DNA of 20,000 bases, from the IMG/VR virus record IMGVR_UViG_3300041402_000811, one strand, 5' to 3'. The notes under the pieces were generated by a model, which was not told the DNA's origin, searched no databases, and saw nothing but the letters and a program-made list of their open reading frames with translations. Positions 17,184-20,000 of this stretch are shown here, one piece after another (the first letter of the stretch is position 1; every line of letters starts with the position of its first letter). The position numbers and the translations under genes were made by a program. This stretch comes from an uncultured virus (IMG/VR IMGVR_UViG_3300041402_000811) (lineage: Duplodnaviria > Heunggongvirae > Uroviricota > Caudoviricetes).

Positions 17184-17197
17184 TTTTCATAACCTTA

Positions 17198-17920
17198 TTA
17201 TGTAGCTGAGTTCATAATATTTCCGTAATCTTCAATAACGTCTGCTTTAATTGCATATACATCATCTGCTAACATTTGACATTTTTCTTTAACCCATTGT
17301 TCATGCCATACATAGTCACAGTTAAACTCAATTTCTACATCCAGTCTACCTACTGTTTCTACATCACTTGTAAAAAGATCTTGTGGATCTTTTGTTGGAA
17401 AAACACCGTCATATGCTGCATAATATTCAACTGTTTTTGCATCAGGTGCTGTTGTCCAGTAATACATTACACACGCATAAGTTGATTTAGTGTAACCACT
17501 AAGGTTGTCGCCATCAATTAGATTAGCTGTTCCAGTACGATAATCTCTTATCATCTTGATCCAACCATGAAAAATATTTAAAAGTGGTATTCCATTGAAT
17601 TCTAAAAACTTTACAGAAACAGAATTTCCATAATCAATGTTTCCTGGAACTGCCCACTTTACTCCACCCAATCCTGTGAACTCAACCTTATTTAGAGTTC
17701 CTCCAGGAGGGGTAACGGATAAACATGAAGCTGCTAAAATATTTCCAATTTGTTTTGTAGTCATATCATCAGCATATTTCGGAAGACCATTTGGAATACT
17801 AGCAAAATATACAAAGTGATAACCGCTTAGATATGGATCAGCTACACCAGCAACTGTTCCGCCAAAATTTCTAGTCAATCTATTATTTGGCACTTTAGCA
17901 AAAGAATTTTTAATGCCCAT
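17198..17920 (-). CDS. Tail tube protein (T4 gp19-like)
   Basis: SVTPPGGTLNKVEF...VPGNIDYGNSVSVKFLE, FHGWIKMI, YDGVFP and VEIEFNCD follow the tube-protein pattern. SD GGAGG. Confidence 0.75.
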   Translation of the reverse strand: MGIKNSFAKVPNNRLTRNFGGTVAGVADPYLSGYHFVYFASIPNGLPKYADDMTTKQIGNILAASCLSVTPPGGTLNKVEFTGLGGVKWAVPGNIDYGNSVSVKFLEFNGIPLLNIFHGWIKMIRDYRTGTANLIDGDNLSGYTKSTYACVMYYWTTAPDAKTVEYYAAYDGVFPTKDPQDLFTSDVETVGRLDVEIEFNCDYVWHEQWVKEKCQMLADDVYAIKADVIEDYGNIMNSAT

Positions 17921-17937
17921 CTTATAATACCTCCAAA

Positions 17938-18429
17938 TTAAACTTTCATTCTCGATCTAATAATTTTCTTAACAGAATCCCAATCTCCATTCGTTATTGT
18001 AATTGCTTTATCGTCAATATAAAATTTAGCTCCTAATTTTTCTGAAGTAATTCTATTAAAATAAATTTCGTGATCAGTTAAATAATTTTCAATATTTTTT
18101 ATCTCTTTTAAATGATCTCCACCTATTTCTTCCGCATTTTCTTTTGAAGCACGAGTTGTGAATATAACAATTTCAAAACCCATTCCTTTTAACCAGTCTA
18201 TTGCTTCTTTAGCTCCATCAAATGGTTCCTCATAAAGTGATCCATCTTGATAACCCTTTGAATATTTAAATATTGTATTATCAAAGTCTATCATTACTCT
18301 TTGACTGGCATTAGAATTTATTACCTTTTCTTCATAGTATTTAATAACTTTCTTTTTTTTAGTAGCGAATCCCATAGGAAAAACGGACTCACTATTTTGT
18401 ATTTTTTTCAGATAATCTCTAATTTTCAT
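17938..18429 (-). CDS. HAD-superfamily phosphatase (minimal, capless type)
   Basis: Motif I MIDFDNTI, motif II IFTTR, motifs III/IV K...FYIDDKA. Confidence 0.85.
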   Translation of the reverse strand: MKIRDYLKKIQNSESVFPMGFATKKKKVIKYYEEKVINSNASQRVMIDFDNTIFKYSKGYQDGSLYEEPFDGAKEAIDWLKGMGFEIVIFTTRASKENAEEIGGDHLKEIKNIENYLTDHEIYFNRITSEKLGAKFYIDDKAITITNGDWDSVKKIIRSRMKV

Positions 18430-18461
18430 ATATTCAAATGCTCCGTTAAGTAAACATCAAG

Positions 18462-18478
18462 TTTACATTTTGTTCTAA
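18462..18478 (-). promoter_or_regulatory. Candidate phage late promoter, copy 3 (TTAGAACAAAATGTAAA on minus strand)
   Basis: Variant of the motif at 3485 and 4760, located at the head of the minus-strand structural operon and pointing into it. Confidence 0.45.
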
Positions 18479-18586
18479 GAAAATATCCACATCTCGTTTA
18501 AAAAATAGATCTATATATATTAATAATTGAATAGGAAAATATTTTTATCTTTTTTTAACCAACCATTTCAGGGAGGAGTACAAACG

Positions 18587-18838
18587 ATGGATGATATTAA
18601 AATTTCAGAAGAAAAAATCAAGTATGTAATTAAAACATTAAATGAACAGTGGGATAAAAATGATCCACTTATTAGAACTGTTGCAACAATAATTGGCGTT
18701 ATAACACTATTATTTATACCTATTTTATTTTCGTTGATTATAATTTTATTATTTGGAGGGCAAAGAGTTCTTTATCATATGATGGAATTAAAGAAGAAGG
18801 AATCTTATGATGAAGTCGATGAAACAAATAACACATAA
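18587..18838 (+). CDS. Small membrane protein
   Basis: Hydrophobic stretch TVATIIGVITLLFIPILFSLIIILLFGG. Start moved to ATG 18587, which has the strong SD GGGAGGAG at 18571-18578. Confidence 0.7.
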   Translation: MDDIKISEEKIKYVIKTLNEQWDKNDPLIRTVATIIGVITLLFIPILFSLIIILLFGGQRVLYHMMELKKKESYDEVDETNNT

Positions 18839-19844
18839 AATTAATGATTACTCAAATATTACATACTATTATAATAAACATTTTAAGACAGATCGATATG
18901 AAGTATTTTATAATTCTGAAATTGGACTTCAAATATTAAGAGGAATAAACGGTCTGGAAGATCCTATTGTTTTAGATTATCCCATACTATTAGACATTGG
19001 AATTATGGGTCACTGTAAAAATAAATGTGCTATTTGCTATCAAGGTAATGAAATAGAAAAACACATGTCTCTTAAAAATTTTAAATTGATAATGGATCAA
19101 ACAAAGTATCGAGTTAATGAAGCTGCACTGGGAGGTAGAGGAGATCCAAATCATCATCCCCAATTTAAAGACATTGTTGAATATGCCATCAAACGTGATG
19201 TTGTTCCCACTTATACAACAAGTGGTTTTAATCTCACAGATGAACAGATAGAAATTTCAAAGATGTGTGGTGCAGTTGCTGTAAGCGATTATGGACAAGA
19301 CTATACATATAACGCAATTAAAAGATTTCAAGAAGCAAATATAAGAACAAATATTCATCTTGTATTTACATCTGCTTCATATGAGAAATGTATTGTAATA
19401 CTCCACGGTCACAATCCTTGGAAACGTAAAATAAATTTAGATAAAATAAATGCAGTTATTTTTTTATTATTCAAACCAGTAGGAAACGCTAAACAGCTAT
19501 ACTCTTTACAACCAAAACCATATCATATATCAGTATTTTCAGAATTAATATTAGAAAATAAAGGATTTACAAAAGTTGGTATGGATGCTTGTTTAGTTAA
19601 TCATATTAAAGAAATTCCAAAACATATGGAACCAGTATTACAAACCTGTACTGCTGCAAAAGAATCAGCATGTATCAGTCCATCATTAATCATGACTCCT
19701 TGTAGTTATATGCGTTCTAAATCTCCCTCTTATAAAATTACGCAAACAAAAACAATTGAAAAAATATGGAATACTTCTAATCTTTTTAAATCATTCAGAA
19801 GAAAATTAAAGAAACAACCAAATATTTGTCCAATTGAATTTTAA
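18807..19844 (+). CDS. Radical SAM enzyme with C-terminal SPASM/twitch-like domain
   Basis: CxxxCxxC (CKNKCAIC), ALGGRGDP, YTTSG and C-terminal CTAAKESACISP...TPCSY...IWN...CP. Confidence 0.9.
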   Translation: MMKSMKQITHKINDYSNITYYYNKHFKTDRYEVFYNSEIGLQILRGINGLEDPIVLDYPILLDIGIMGHCKNKCAICYQGNEIEKHMSLKNFKLIMDQTKYRVNEAALGGRGDPNHHPQFKDIVEYAIKRDVVPTYTTSGFNLTDEQIEISKMCGAVAVSDYGQDYTYNAIKRFQEANIRTNIHLVFTSASYEKCIVILHGHNPWKRKINLDKINAVIFLLFKPVGNAKQLYSLQPKPYHISVFSELILENKGFTKVGMDACLVNHIKEIPKHMEPVLQTCTAAKESACISPSLIMTPCSYMRSKSPSYKITQTKTIEKIWNTSNLFKSFRRKLKKQPNICPIEF

Positions 19845-19857
19845 GGGAGGGGATAAA

Positions 19858-20000
19858 ATGTATGATAATTCAATAAATTTAATGTGTCTAAAATGTGTTA
19901 AAAATAATCCTAAGATACCCTCTGATCCCCTTAATTTAGTACATATACCCCCATCACCTTATAAACTATGTCCAAAGTGTAAAGCAAGAATTTCAAATTA
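19858..20000 (+). CDS. Small Cys-rich (CxxC...CxxC) protein, 3'-partial
   Basis: Not in the ORF track. SD GGGAGG at 19845-19850, then MYDNSINLMCLKCVKNNPKIPSDPLNLVHIPPSPYKLCPKCKARISN, open to the window end. Confidence 0.65.
   Translation, partial: MYDNSINLMCLKCVKNNPKIPSDPLNLVHIPPSPYKLCPKCKARISN

Noticed and set aside
22..17819. Short opposite-strand ORFs in the track (22-240, 2459-2707, 4246-4443, 8930-9148, 10425-10652, 11671-11892, 14647-14883, 16299-16481, 17276-17485, 17637-17819)
   Set aside because: Each lies antisense to a longer, better-supported gene and shows no recognisable motif, so they are treated as shadow ORFs.
1..20000. Stop-codon reassignment, as seen in some large phages
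   Set aside because: Genes are full length and tile densely under the standard code. TAG (1585-1587) and TGA (16326-16324) behave as real stops.
1..20000. CRISPR arrays, tRNA genes, IS elements, tandem repeats
   Set aside because: None seen. Intergenic gaps are short and explained by SDs, hairpins and promoter-like motifs. The 787-858 element folds as one long stem, not a cloverleaf.

Overview
AT-rich, gene-dense segment of a large tailed dsDNA phage with a contractile tail (T4-like/jumbo-myovirus type), readable in the standard genetic code. (1) 1-3431 (+) is a non-structural operon: a partial acidic protein, a 242-aa protein with compressed family-B DNA polymerase motifs, a SAM methyltransferase, a stand-alone DnaB-like C-terminal fragment and a DUF932-like protein, closed by an intrinsic terminator. 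(2) 3521-11442 (+) is a morphogenesis operon: probable baseplate hub, terminase large subunit, an HExxH protein, tape-measure-like protein and a tube-initiator-like protein. (3) 18429-11439 (-) is a convergent operon: HAD phosphatase, tail tube, gp26-like chaperone, an unannotated gp51-like ORF, gp25-like and gp6-like baseplate wedge proteins and two unknowns. (4) 18587-20000 (+) holds a small membrane protein, a radical SAM enzyme and a partial Cys-rich protein. The main leads are a miniature exonuclease-less PolB-like enzyme with a substituted steric-gate position behind an SD-overlapping hairpin, a probable +1 frameshift (UUU UUU CGU) fusing the gp26-like and gp51-like genes, and a repeated TT(G/A)GAACAAA(A)T(A/G)TAAA motif that looks like a phage late promoter. 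Family assignments come from reading motifs by eye; no searches were run.
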